Shown: positions 1-12,200 of the stretch, piece after piece
How the letters are laid out: each line of letters begins with the position of its first letter
Numbering within the stretch: position 1 is the stretch's first letter
Source: Octopus bimaculoides
Taxonomy: Eukaryota
Length of the DNA stretch: 64,000 bases
Reading direction: 5' to 3'
Assembly: GCF_001194135.2 (NCBI RefSeq)
Contig: NC_068987.1
Span: forward strand, 105,132,890 to 105,196,889
Notes under the pieces: generated by a model
Database searches by the model: none
The model's input: only the letters and a program-made list of their open reading frames with translations
Told to the model about the DNA's origin: nothing
Translations under genes and position numbers: made by a program

Positions 1-6
1 ACACAA

Positions 7-37
<31 letters not shown>

Positions 38-88
38 CATATATACGATGGGCTTCTTTCAGTTTCCGTCTACCAAATCCACTCACAA
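1..88 (-). mobile_element. Partial copy of tRNA-headed SINE family A
   Basis: Reverse complement matches the internal segment (gtgagtggatttggtagacggaaactgaaagaagccc...microsatellite) of the near-full copy at 2063-2487. Confidence 0.8.
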
Positions 89-1375
89 TACAGTGAAGTA
101 ATATGAACAATAAAAACAAAGGATACTAAAAAAGAATGAGCTCTGTAATTTGTGGTAAATTGATTAGGTATTAAATGAATTGAATGGTACATCAGATTAT
201 GTACTGTAGGGTTAGAAATATATTGAGAATAAATTATAAATACTAAACAAAAATGTTCTAAATTTGTATTAATGACAAACCAGAGAAAATTCATAATAAA
301 TGTGTGATTACTTGAGATTTAGATTAAAAGAACTCAAGCAATTGATGGCACAACAAAGCTACTTTGAATACACAACTAACTCTGTTGCTTTTTAAATTAA
401 CCAAATTCAAGTCCCGCACCTAACCTGGAGAATAATTTTCTTCTCTTGATATTTTGTATATTTTTTAAAATTATCTACAGAAGTATACCTTCTTTTACTT
501 GTTTTCGTCATTGAACTGCGGCCATTCTGTAGCACTACCTTGAAAGATTTAGTTAAACAAATCAACCCCAGCACGTTTTTTAAGCCTGGCACTTAATCTA
601 TCAGTTTATTTTGCTGAACCACTAAGTTACAGGTACATAAACAAACCAAGACCAGATGTTAAATGGTGGTGGAGGACAAACACAAACACATATATACACA
701 AACGGCTTCCACACAGTTTCCATCTACCAAAATTCCATTGTACTGACCAGCCTGGAGCTATAGTAAAAGACACCTGCCCTAGGTACCACACAAAGGGACT
801 GAACTTAAAACCACATAATTTCAAAGTGAACAGACCTTAAATGATGATTGCTTTATTTTTTCTTTCTTTACCTTTTTACCTAAAGCAACTTTTTAAAGTA
901 CTTTTTAAAGCACATCCAAACAAGTACATGGCAATGTAGTGTAAATTAAATATAACAGGAGAAAAACTGCTTTCTGGGCAATTTCTTTCCATTTTGTATA
1001 GTATACATCCCACACACACGAACATGCAGATGCACGCACGTGTGTGCATGCGTGCGTGTAAGATTACACTGTCCAATGTCTTTCCTCAATTTCTTCACTT
1101 TTCAAGAACGACTGAACTTATAAAGCAGTAAAATCCTCATAATCATTATTTTCTATGCTTTCATGGTTCAGATGGAATTTGTTGGAGTGAATTTTCTACA
1201 GCTGGATGCCTTTCCTATTGTCAACCCTTATCTGTTTCCAAATAAGGTGATATTTTCCTATGACCAGACGTGTTTTCATTGAAGATTGGAAAGAAAGGAC
1301 ACCACTTGTATGACAATGCCAGTCATTTACAACAACTATGCAAAGTCAAGGCAAAGAGATAGTAACACACACAGA

Positions 1376-1409
<34 letters not shown>

Positions 1410-2062
1410 TGTGTGTGAAACAGGGTTCTTTCAGTTTCTGTCTACCGATTCCACTCATAAGGCTTTGGTTGGCCCAGAGCTAGAGTAGAAGTCACTTGTT
1501 CAATGTGCCATGCAGTGGGACTGAACCTGAAATAATGTGGTTGCAACTATGCCTGCACCTATAATAGGTAGGCAGGCAGGCAGGACAGTCGGTTGGCAGA
1601 GGGATAGACGGACGGACGGACGGACGGACGGACGGACAGACAGACAGACAGACAGATATAGTGGCATGGTTATATATTTATGTTTTGTAATCATCATATT
1701 CACATATTATCAATTTTGACTATTATTTAAATCTCAAGGTGCTGGACTTCACAGAAAAGTTATACAATATTGATGGAAGCAGCCATATGTCGTATTGCAG
1801 ATCTCTCTGACCTTGACCAGACTGGAAAATTTGACATTAATGCAACAGCAGTAGTAATTACATTAATACAGCATTTTATGTGGACTATGTGAACAAACCT
1901 GTATGAATCATAGTTTACTTAGTTACTAATCAAGGCTCTACACGACAGTAACACATCCATCTATTCATGAAACATTCCAGAGTATTTTTACAAACCAACA
2001 AACTCAGCCTGCAAGTTATAGAAGCCAAATATCTCTCAAACCACATCCAACCATCTTAAATA

Positions 2063-2487
2063 GGCGTAGGAGTGGCTGTGTGGTAAGTAGCTTGCTTACC
2101 AACCACATGGTTCCGGGTTCAGTCCCACTGAGTGGCATCTTGGGCAAGTGTCTTCTACTATAGCCTTGGGCCGACCAAAGCCTTGTAAGTGGATTTGGTA
2201 GACGGAAACTGAAAGAAGCCTGTCATATATATGTATATATGTATATATATGTATGTGTGTGTGTGTGTTTGTGTGTCTGTGTTTGTCCCCCCCAACATCG
2301 CTTGACAACCGATGCTGGTGTGTTTACGTCCCTGTAACTTAGCGGTTCGGCAAAAGAGACCGATAGAATAAGTACTAGGCTTCCAAAGAATAAGTCCTGG
2401 GGTCGATTTGCTCGACTAAAAGGTGGTGCTCCAGCATGGCCACAGTCAAAAAGACTGAAACAAGTAAAAGAGTAAAGAGTAAAGAGA
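2063..2487 (+). mobile_element. tRNA-headed SINE family A, near full-length. Other copies/fragments at ~490-815(-), 1370-1560(-), 7303-7677(-), 12520-12895(+), 17023-17269(+), 18531-18885(+), 22785-23230(+), 23575-23955(+), 31838-32240(+), 34030-34290(-), 61285-61349(-)
   Basis: Pol III-like head (gtggctgtgtggtaag...ggttcagtccc), internal TA/TG microsatellite, and a simple AAAAGAGT tail. The sequence is repeated more than 10 times in both orientations in the window. Confidence 0.9.
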
Positions 2488-3419
2488 TACATTGGAAAAC
2501 ATACCTGGTATTAAAAAAATGAGATATTATAACAAGAACACTTTTGATTATACATTAGCAACTCAATCAAAGCTGAGCAGAGGCTGTTAGCGACAGCAGC
2601 TTACAACATTAATAATACATTTGATCAAGCATTTCAATTTATTATAACCCAGTATTTTATTTTTTCCTCTTCAAGTCATATGAACTTGAATAAGAGCAAT
2701 AAGAATAGCAACAAAGATAACAGATATATTACATATTAGGGACTAACTATTCTCACATTTGTAAAATACCATAGAGGTTATGACATGCCATGAATGCTTC
2801 TCCTGCCACATCACAAAGCAATTAGACACAATTAGATTAAATACGCTAGTAATAATAAGCCTTCACAAATTTAATTCAGGCATATCTATGTAATGAATCT
2901 CTAAAGTATGATATGAAATGCTATCCATTAGTTTTTTTTCTTTAGAATTTACTCCTCAAACAAGTAGTTCTTTTTTTAATGATACAATCATCTACAAATA
3001 GCTTCAATATACAATTCCATTTCTTTAATAATTCAAAGCAACATTTATTTACCTAATAAAACACATGCACTGGCACACACAGACACAATACAAAATTTCA
3101 CTTACACAACCTGCATGCTTATATATAATTGTGTGCTAATATACTTAATGAAGTGAACCAAAAACAATCTTTAACCATTTGAAGTAAAATTCATTATGAG
3201 AAGATAAGGCATCGGTGTTAATGACAACTTTTGCAAAATTTAAACTGAGAAGTAAAGTATGATCTTTGGAGTGGTGACAACTCAGAACAGACATGTTTCA
3301 GTCTTATTTAACATCCTCAGCTAAATATAGTTTAACATATACTTACAAAATCTTAGAATGACTGAGAGGAAACAGAGTTTTGTAAATGTTACTCACTGAT
3401 TAGGTTACTTAAAATTACA

Positions 3420-3700
3420 TACATAAATCCATACAAACATAAAACTGATCACCAAAGCAGTCTAACATGGACCAACAACTGAATTACTACCTCCCGCTTT
3501 GAAGCATTTGTAATCCAGGAACAGGAAATAACAACCAAATACTGATGCACAAAAGGGACAGATATGCAGGAAAAGCAGTAAAATGAGACAACCAATGCAG
3601 ACTCTGTGGAGTTAACGCTGAAGATATCACCCACATCATAAGCAGTTGTCCAAAAAATGTCATCACAGTATTGTCTACTGATGAGATAACCAAGCCAAGA
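3420..3700 (+). mobile_element. Decayed fragment of R4/Dong-like RLE non-LTR retrotransposon (zinc-knuckle region)
   Basis: Clear nucleotide similarity to 56557-56760, with remnants of AFVIQEQEI and QCRLCGVNAEDITHIISSC (CCHC knuckle). Confidence 0.75.
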
Positions 3701-3712
3701 GAGAGATATATA

Positions 3713-4039
3713 GGCACCGGAGTGGCTGTGTGTTAAGAAGCTTGCTTCCCAACCACATGGTTCCGGGTTCAGTCCTACTGCATGGCACCTTGGGCAAGTG
3801 TTTTCTACTATAGTCACAGTTAAATGACTGAAATAAATAAAAGAATAAAAAAGAAAGAATATATATATACACACACAGAACAGGTTTCTTCCAGTGTCCA
3901 TCTACCAAATTCACTCACAAAGCTTTGGTCGGCCTGAGGCTGCAGTAGAAGACACTTGCCCAAGGTGTCATGCAGTTGGACTGAACCCGAGATCATGTGG
4001 TTGGGAAGCAAGCTTCTTACCACACAGCCACACCTGCCC
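3713..4039. repeat. Two SINE-A heads in inverted orientation (3713-3813 plus, 3940-4039 minus)
   Basis: About 100 bp arms that are reverse complements, separated by about 130 bp. Confidence 0.8.
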
Positions 4040-5129
4040 CTCACAGTCAACTACTTCCTCAATTTATATGAGAAAGTGATTATGTCTCTAATCCAGTTCT
4101 TCATCTAAATACTTTAACATAAAAATCAAACAATTAAGTTTAATCCTTCTTGATACATCTTGATTTAATATGTATGAAATACAACAAACTAAGAAAATAA
4201 GAAATGAAACATATGAAAAACTTTATAGTGAATACCTTAGAATTATATTCCAGCATTTTAGATTTTTAATCTAAAAGTGATATACAAAATAAAAACAAAA
4301 ACAAAGAAAACATTCCAATTCTTTGATAATAGCATAAAATGGTCAAGCATTTCCACCACCTTCCTTCCTGCTATCAAAGGTGTCAAGTAGGGGCAAGCAA
4401 TTGAAGTCTAGAAGAGCAAGATAATTTGCTTTCAGAGATAAAGCATATCACAGATTACAATTACTATAGACTGTAATTATAATCTTCAGGAAAATCCTCT
4501 TCATAGTGTCTTAAGAATGAAAGTAAAATATCTCTTTAATTGTCAAGAAGTTAAAGTGCTGAACTAAATACAATGAATTCATATGATTTCTGACAAATGA
4601 AAGGCTGAACAAATGAGAATTTTTTTGTCACCAGTGTTCTTTCTCATGTGTTTCCTGACAGCTGCTTTCATCATCATTGCCAGTGTCCTCATTTTAATGT
4701 CCTCTTTGCTATGCCTGTTTGGGTCACATGGAGTTTTCCTTAGACAGATTTTCTACAGCTGTATACCCTTCCTGTTACCAACACACTTGTTTTCAAGCAG
4801 GGTGATATGCCTCCCCGTGGCCAGACTTTTTTTTTCAAAACATTACAAATGAATGACACAACTTGTATGACAGAGACACTCATTTACAACTATCACGAAA
4901 TATCAAAATATAAACAAGATAATATAAAACCAAAAGCATAAAAACAACCTAATCAGATATAATAATTGTAAGACTCACATACCAATACACACACACACAT
5001 ACACACAGTAACGTAATATGTGCATATTAAAAAAAATGAATATTGCTTTTGCTTCAATGACAGCTGGTTCTGGTTGCATGATAAACATAAGCAGTGATAT
5101 GTATAAATGTAATGTTATTACCAGTTCAA

Positions 5130-5421
5130 ATATGCTTGAGGCACATTCAAACTGGGGAACAAGCCATTCACTGTGTTTTGTCATTGAGAAAATTTCTCAG
5201 AGGGGTCAAATGGTGTGGATATTGATCAGTTTGCATCATTGCCTGCCTGGTGTCTGAGACTGAAGAGGAGACAACTACTCCGAAATACTTGCATCTCACA
5301 GTCTAGGTAGGTGGCGCTGTGAACTGATCTAGGTATATCCACACCATTTGTCTAGAAATTTTCTCCATGACAAAACACTGTGAACGGCTTGTTCTCCAGT
5401 TAGAATGTGCCTTAAGCATAT
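5130..5421 (+). other. Long inverted-repeat (rod-like hairpin) element with a degenerate type I hammerhead motif at its apex
   Basis: Arms of about 130 nt, with 6 mismatches in the outer 68 nt. Apex: tgaga-CTGAAGA-ggag(acaacta)ctcc-GAAA-tacttgca-tctca. Confidence 0.7.
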
Positions 5422-5441
5422 GATGAAATTTATCTATTTAA

Positions 5442-5640
5442 CCCTTTCGTTACCATATTTATTTTGAGATGCTCTGTGTTTCTTTCAATTATTTTAAAGA
5501 ATTTAGTTATCATTAAGGTAATATTAGGAACATAAATTGTGACTAAGGTTTGGTGGAAGATTTTAATTCAGAACTTATGAAAACAAGACATTTGTACTAC
5601 AGAGCCAGAGCTGGTTTCAGCCAGGTTGGTAACAAAAGGG
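5442..5640. mobile_element. piggyBac-type MITE
   Basis: TIRs CCCTTTCGTTACCA / TGGTAACAAAAGGG flanked by TTAA at 5438-5441 and 5641-5644. Confidence 0.85.
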
Positions 5641-6344
5641 TTAAGCTTTATTTTTAACTGCCTTAATAACTGATACCTAATATTTTCGGAGAAAATATAA
5701 AATGAAACCATTTTCAAAGATTTATTGGTTATACTAAAATACTGAAGTCTTACAATTTCGCATGAATAGTCAAACTACTGGAGTAGTTTGACTATTCATG
5801 CAAAATTGTAAGACTCATATACCAATACACACACACATACACACAGTAACATAATATGTGCATATAAAAAAAAAATGAATATTGCTTTTGCTTCAATGAC
5901 AGCTGGTTCTGGTTGCATGATAAACATAACTATACACTTGTTGTAGTTTTATGCAAATGGCTGGGGCAAGCATTCCACAAATATTTGTACTTTTAATATA
6001 AGTGTCTGGCAGACTCAGTATGACATATCTGACAAGATTGGGCCCTCAAATAACAGTCCAGAAAAATTACTTTCACAGGGCTAGTTCTGTTACTTCTGGA
6101 AAGGATTCATCTGAGACTCTGAGATGAATCTTCAATACAAAAAAAAATGTAGCTGTACCAGTCAGAGTCACTTATTTACTGACTAAATAAATCTACAAAT
6201 TATCATCATCATTTAATGTTCCTGTTCCATGCTGAGATGGGTTGGACAACATAAATATATTCATAGTACAATATTTCTGCATTCTAAACAGAACAATCAA
6301 ACACCAATTATATATATGTATATATGAAAAAAAGGGATCAAAGG

Positions 6345-6582
6345 TCTTTACTAAGCCATAAGTTCATAAGGCTGGTTTCCCAGATTCTATGGCACATATA
6401 TTATCCCCTTCAAAAGAGCACTGACCAGTCACAAGATTACCCCCTTTTGCCAGCTGAGTTCACTGGAGCAACATAAAATGAAGTCTTTTGCTCAAGAACA
6501 CAACACATCATCTGGCTCAGGAATTGAAACCACAATCCTATGATCATGAGTACAACACTCTAACCACTAAACCATGTGCCTA
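6345..6582 (-). mobile_element. tRNA-headed SINE family D. Related copies at ~32330-32490, 49100-49300 and 60640-60890, all minus
   Basis: The minus strand begins ggcacatggtttagtggttagagtg and contains gtgttcttgagcaa; the sequence recurs in the window. Confidence 0.65.
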
Positions 6583-6629
6583 AATGCACATACTCGCATA
6601 TATATATGAAGCCGCAAGGAGCCAGGAAG

Positions 6630-6890
6630 TTAAGAGAAGGAATCAAAAATGTATAGGAATGGTTGATGATTGATATATGACAGAACTGCTGACAAGGGTA
6701 AAAAGAGTTGGCTGAAGATGAGTTCAATGAGGCTGTTGTTGACAGAAGTGATGAGATGACTAAGGGTGTTGGCCTTATGGGTCTTGGAGAGTAAGTGAGG
6801 TGGGTAGCTGTAGAAGAGGAATGAGGTTGGTGGTTGTAAGCGGGAAGGAAGAAGAAGGAGATGAGTTGGTGCACAGCAGTGGACAGTCAA
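6630..6890 (-). mobile_element. Decayed Penelope-like RT fragment
   Basis: Translation HLLSKTHKANTLSHLITSVNNSLIELI resembles the PLE RT motif (Y/F)LLPKIHKxxxPGRPIxS. It is paralogous to the fragment at 7700-8100. Confidence 0.6.
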
Positions 6891-7699
6891 ATAACAATGA
6901 TTTTCCAGTTTCTAGCCACACAATTTGACTCACAAAGCTCAAGTCAGCTTGAAGTTGTGGTAGAAGACATTTGGCCAAGGTACCAATAAGTAGGATTGAA
7001 CTTGAAACTTCATGGATAAGAATCAATCAACCAATAGAGACACAGCAAAATACAAGCAATGTACAGGGACAAGAATAACAAAACGTTAATATAGGAATAT
7101 AATTCAAATAATCTACATCAGAACAGTAATAGAATATCTAAGTAGAATGACAAGAAAAGCAAGGCAAAAGTTTTTTAAAAAATAACCCAGAAAACATCAA
7201 ATATTCCCTTGGAAACCCAGCCCAAGGCAGTCCAAAACCTATTTATATGTTTATCAACTTGTATCTATACACAGTGAACTGGTTTCAATTTATAGAAGCA
7301 TATTCTTTTATTCTTCTACTTGACTGTGGCCATGCTGGAGCACCGCCTTCAGTCAAACGAATCGACCCCAGGACTTATTCTTTGTAAGCCTAGTACTTAT
7401 TCCATCGGTCTCTTTTGCCAAACTGCTAAGTTACAGGGACGTAAACACACCAGCATCAGTTGTCAAGTGATGGGGGGGGGGGCAAACATAGACACACAAA
7501 TACACATATATATTTATATATATGATGGGCTTCTATCAGTTTTCGTCTGCCAAATCCACTCACAAGGCTTTGGTCAGCTCAAGGCTATGGTGGAAGACAC
7601 TTGCCCAAGGTGCCACACAGTGGGACTGAACCCACAACCAAGTGGTTGGTAAGCAAGCTGCTTACCACACAGCCACTTAAACATCTACTCTGAAATCTC

Positions 7700-8105
7700 T
7701 GCTCTCTTCCACCTTCAGCTCTAACACACTGTTACACAGACTACAATGGATGGTGTTGTGATAATGAGGCAGTCTGACCTCTTCAAAGGTCGAAACACTT
7801 CCCAATTTTACCATAAATTGCCCTTAGTCTATATCTACTACCATATTCCAACTCATCTCCTCCGCTCTCCTCTCTTCTACAGCAAACAACCTCCTCATTT
7901 CTATACTACACTTCCTTCCTAAGATCCCTAAGTCCAACACTCTTAGTCACCCCATCATTTCTGCTGGTAACAGCTTCACTGAACTTATCTCTAAATACCT
8001 CCACTAACTCTTCTTTCTCCTACCAGCAGCCCTCTTATCATATACCCATGACACCAAACACACTTTCCATTTCTTTGACTCCTTTTCCTACTTGCCTGGC
8101 CCCTC
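7700..8105 (+). mobile_element. Decayed Penelope-like RT fragment
   Basis: Translation LHFLPKIPKSNTLSHPIISAGNSFTELISKYLH*...LSYTHDTKHTF matches PLE RT motifs LPKIHK..RPIIS..TE.IS..SY..DT.H and contains a stop. Confidence 0.7.
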
Positions 8106-9029
8106 ATCAGGGAGATATAAGTGATAATAATTCTAGTTAGTGTCATGGATATATGCAATGAATACACTCAGTTAAGAAGACATATTTAACATGTTAATAA
8201 AGGACACACACATCCAACAGCTTTCTACATGTACTTACTATCCTCCAAATTCTAGTTGACCCAAAGCAATAGTAGAGTGCCCAAAGTGTTGCACACTGCA
8301 TTCAAACACAGTACCACATAATTGCAAAACAAACTTGCAAACCATTTGGTTATGCAGTGCATATGAATTTCCTTTTTTTTTTCCGATGAAATCAAAAGCA
8401 TTGCTATGTTTCAATGGCAATTCTCAATAACTCAAATTGTAGAGAAGCAGGATGTTTTAACACTACACTATGTCAAGGAGACTCACAATATCTAAATTGT
8501 GAAAAACATGTGAATATACTGTCATTACTAAATAAGGACAATATTCTATCAACACTTCTTTTAGAGAGTGAAAAATTATTCTCATATTTCAATCGTATTT
8601 TTAACTCCATATTTTTGACACATGTATGTATGCCTGTAATATATATATATTTTTTAAATAGTCAAATTTTAAAATTACAGCCCAAAGTTTGAATTTGTAC
8701 AAGGTCAACTGAGCTTTTTATACTATTAGCACCCTAAAAATGACAAACTGTTAATTAACTGCAATAAGGAAATATGAAAATTAAGCATATTAGTTACTGG
8801 TATGCTTGATTGTAATTAAGAGTCAGCATGTGGTCCATAACCAAAGTAACTGGTTAGAAATCATAAGTTGAATTCAGTAATGAATGTACCATTTACTGTT
8901 TTTGTATTTGATTTGCAAGATTCATGAATTGAAACATGTTTAGTTGTATCTTGGCAGAGTCATTACACCAGCAATAAACACATGCACTGGCTCTGTTTCA
9001 CATCCTTTATTATTATTAGTTAATTGAAA

Positions 9030-9240
9030 GTAGCAAGCTGGCAGGATCGTTAGCACATCGAGTGAAATGTTTAGTGGCATTTCATCCGTCTTTACATTCT
9101 GAGTTCAAATTTCACTGAGGTTGACTTTGCCTTTCGTCCTTTCTGGGTCCAATAACATAAGCACCAATTCAGCACTGGGGTCAATGAAATCAACTTACCC
9201 CTCCTCTGAAATTGCTGGCCTTGTGCCAAAATTTGAAATC
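9030..9240 (+). mobile_element. CORE-like SINE family C. Related copies at ~16420-16525, 24110-24340(-), 27040-27260, 49400-49550, 51605-51780(-), 52985-53110 and 59160-59375
   Basis: tRNA-like head (gagttcaaat B-box), a central gactttgcctttcatcctt..gggtc.ataa.ataag.acca segment resembling the CORE domain, and the 3' end ggccttgtgccaaaatttgaaa. Confidence 0.75.
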
Positions 9241-12200
9241 TTTATTATTAGTCAATTCGTTAAACCATTTAACCAATTACCTACTCAATTGCTTGATTAA
9301 TCAAGCTAGACTAATCAACTAGGTTGGTTAAAGTCCTTTCATTGCTATTCATGACCTCGTTGATTGGTTGAAATTACCCAAATATGACAACTTTAACACA
9401 AAATAACTTCTGAAATACCAAATTTTGACAAAAATGTTCAAAGTAAACCATGTTCTGTGTGAGACATTCCACCAGAATACGAAGTTTCGAACTGTTTAGT
9501 TAAAAAAAAATTAATTAAAAAGTCTGTGAGCCAAACTGAACAGATCCTTATTGGTTACAGCTCAAGGCCAACTAGAAAGCTTGTAACCATTTGCTCATGG
9601 CTCATTTTCCTCATTCAGGAATATAGGCCATGGCACACCCAATATCTGGGCAAAATGCTGAGCCTAAAATTTAGAATCCCTGTTGCTCTCAGACTGAGAG
9701 CCACAATATGTGAGCCAACTTAATATTGTTGTAATGCACAAATTAACACCAGAGCTTATTATGGTTATCTTGTTGCCCCAAATGAGAATATTTCCACACC
9801 TTGCTGGGGTTAATTGTTTCAACTTTGAACTTTATTTCTGAACTTAGGACTAAAATAGTCAAAGTAATCAGAGAGACAGGAGAGTAATTGGCTCCAGAAA
9901 AGAATCTCCATTGCCATAATGAAAGATAACCCAACATGCATAGTACCCTGTGCAGTGACTTGTAACTAAGAATAGCACCAGATATTCAGCACCCTACACT
10001 AGCCCTAAAATATGTGTCCCTTCTCCAATATTTTTAACAACTTACAGCAATCACAAGCTGAAAAATGCAACTGAAAAATTATAATCAAAGTTTGAACAAG
10101 AAATTCATAATTTTATAATCAAGCATATTACCAAGTAAGTCTGGCATAACTTGAAACGTTCCATGCCAAATTATATGATAAGCCATAATATCAAATGAAC
10201 ATTTCAGCTCCTCCCCACTTTACCCCTTTCCTTCATCCTCTTCTGTCCTGGCAGTGACCTCATTGACCGTTTTTATATCTAGGTTTATGTGTTTTCAGTC
10301 TGATTGAAAAATTATATCAAACTTGTTCGGAATTTGTCTGGCACCAGTAGATTTTATCACTCTAGGCAATCGCCTAGTTTTTCTAGTGAGTATCACTGGG
10401 CCTATTTGTCTCATGGATGTTATAACAAGTTCAGAGACCAAGAAGAAAAGATTTCGAAGCTATATAAGTTTATATTATGAATCAGCTATTACATAAATGT
10501 TTGCATACTTGTGAGCGGGGAAAAAAAAGACAGAACTGTTGACAGTTTGGGTACATCTAAATAATAAAAAAAAAAGAAAAAGAAAAGAAAGTAATATAGA
10601 TTACTTAACTTTAATCAAATACTGTATAAGGGCTACGAGGGGAAATGAGTACAGCTAATATGTAAATGCAACAAAAAACGTGACATCAGAGATAACTCCA
10701 TCCATCTTAATTTTGAATTTGAAACATGGAATATTATTCACTTATTTCTGTTACCATAGCACAAGATTAGATTTAGTGAAAATAAATTAGAAATATATTG
10801 CGCAAGATAACACGCAAGGAAAGTATTTGTAGGCTATCCTTTTGTTTATTTAAAACAATGAACTTAAACAAAACCTCACACCTATAGAAACAATCCTGAA
10901 TTCAGTTCTCAAGTAGTTGCCTTCCAACAAGAACCACTTCTATTTATCAACATCTTATTACTTTTCAATCCTCTTTCTCCCAATTCCAGGCAGCGTTTAG
11001 TTTTTCCTTCATAGCAGATAAACAGAATCCACAACTAACAACATAAGACCCTCCAATGCTTTCAATTATGCTCCTAATTATGAGGCTTCATAGTTTTAGT
11101 TGAGTTGACAAAATATTGTAATACATGGAAATACTTCATCGAACTGGTTTAAATAGTAACATGGAGTAATAGCTGTTAACTCAATGATGAAATACAAGAT
11201 ACAGTAGTTGGATTGCATTATCTTGACCAATTCCTGGTTATTGTTCATTTAATAATTCAGTATAGTAGATTAGCTTCCACTTCCTCCCAAATTCTATTTC
11301 CTGAACTAAATGCTTCAATTGCAACATGCCACACTTTCAACATTTCATGTATTTATTTGAACAACACAAAAGTATAACAGCATGCTGAAGTACTCGTGGG
11401 ATGCATACTTAATCTACTGGTTGTGTGTGAGAGCGGGAACCACTTGATATCGAAATTTTAAATAGTTCAACACTGAAGCATCCAGCCTACACTTTCAAAA
11501 CAGGCATTTCACAATTACTTCTGGGTAAAAATAAAAAGTAGTACAAATACATACAATTTTAAACATTTTAATGAATCTTATAAATAGAATTATAAGCCTT
11601 CACCATATACTGACTATAGAAAATAGTCTAATATACGAGCATACAAATTCTCTTTACAGAATTTTACTCCTCGTTGTTTCCTAATTCATGCAGAATTCAG
11701 ACATTTTAATTAATGTTTATCCCTTTAGTATTTAAACAGGCCATATCAGGGCCAAATACTCTACCTGTTTTATAATCAAAATAACCATATGTGGCCTCTC
11801 ACACCAACCCTACAATATCATTCTAAAAATTAACAGTTACCCCATCAAAATCTCACAAGCACAAGATAATGCAAAACTAATTCAAAACATGTTAATAAAT
11901 AAACATTACTTTCGACAGAATAATGTGAACGGTAATTATGTGTACCGCTTATTTAATATGATATTTACATGTATAAAACAACTCAAAAGAAATTATGGTT
12001 ACGTGAAATGAAGCAAAATCAATGTCAGTAGCTATTCATGCATCATAGGACATTAACAACAAACTGAAAACAATCTTGACAAACGGAAAAATATGCTAAT
12101 GGGAACTAGGGCAACAATAGATAACAGCTGTCCATCTCCAAAAACAACCAACCCTTCAAATCCACTCCTTGTATTTAGCAAAGATATCCTGGTCTTGTCC

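Larger units (their letters stand above)
4964..5929. repeat. ~126-bp direct duplication (4964-5090 and 5804-5929), with a fold-back hairpin (5743-5817) overlapping the start of copy 2
   Basis: The segment aattgtaagactca...gcatgataaacataa is present twice with few differences. The hairpin arms tgaagtcttacaatttcgcatgaatagtcaaactact / agtagtttgactattcatgcaaaattgtaagactca flank a 2-nt loop. Confidence 0.85.

Noticed and set aside
3347-3361. 15-nt minus-strand segment between ctctcag| and |gtaagt (also a 27-nt one near 36220-36246)
   Set aside because: Expected by chance at this AT content; one frame of the 15-mer has a stop and the 27-mer donor is weak.
4452-4490. 12-bp hairpin next to a minus-strand CTGAAGA
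   Set aside because: GAAA does not follow the stem, so this is an isolated AT-rich hairpin.
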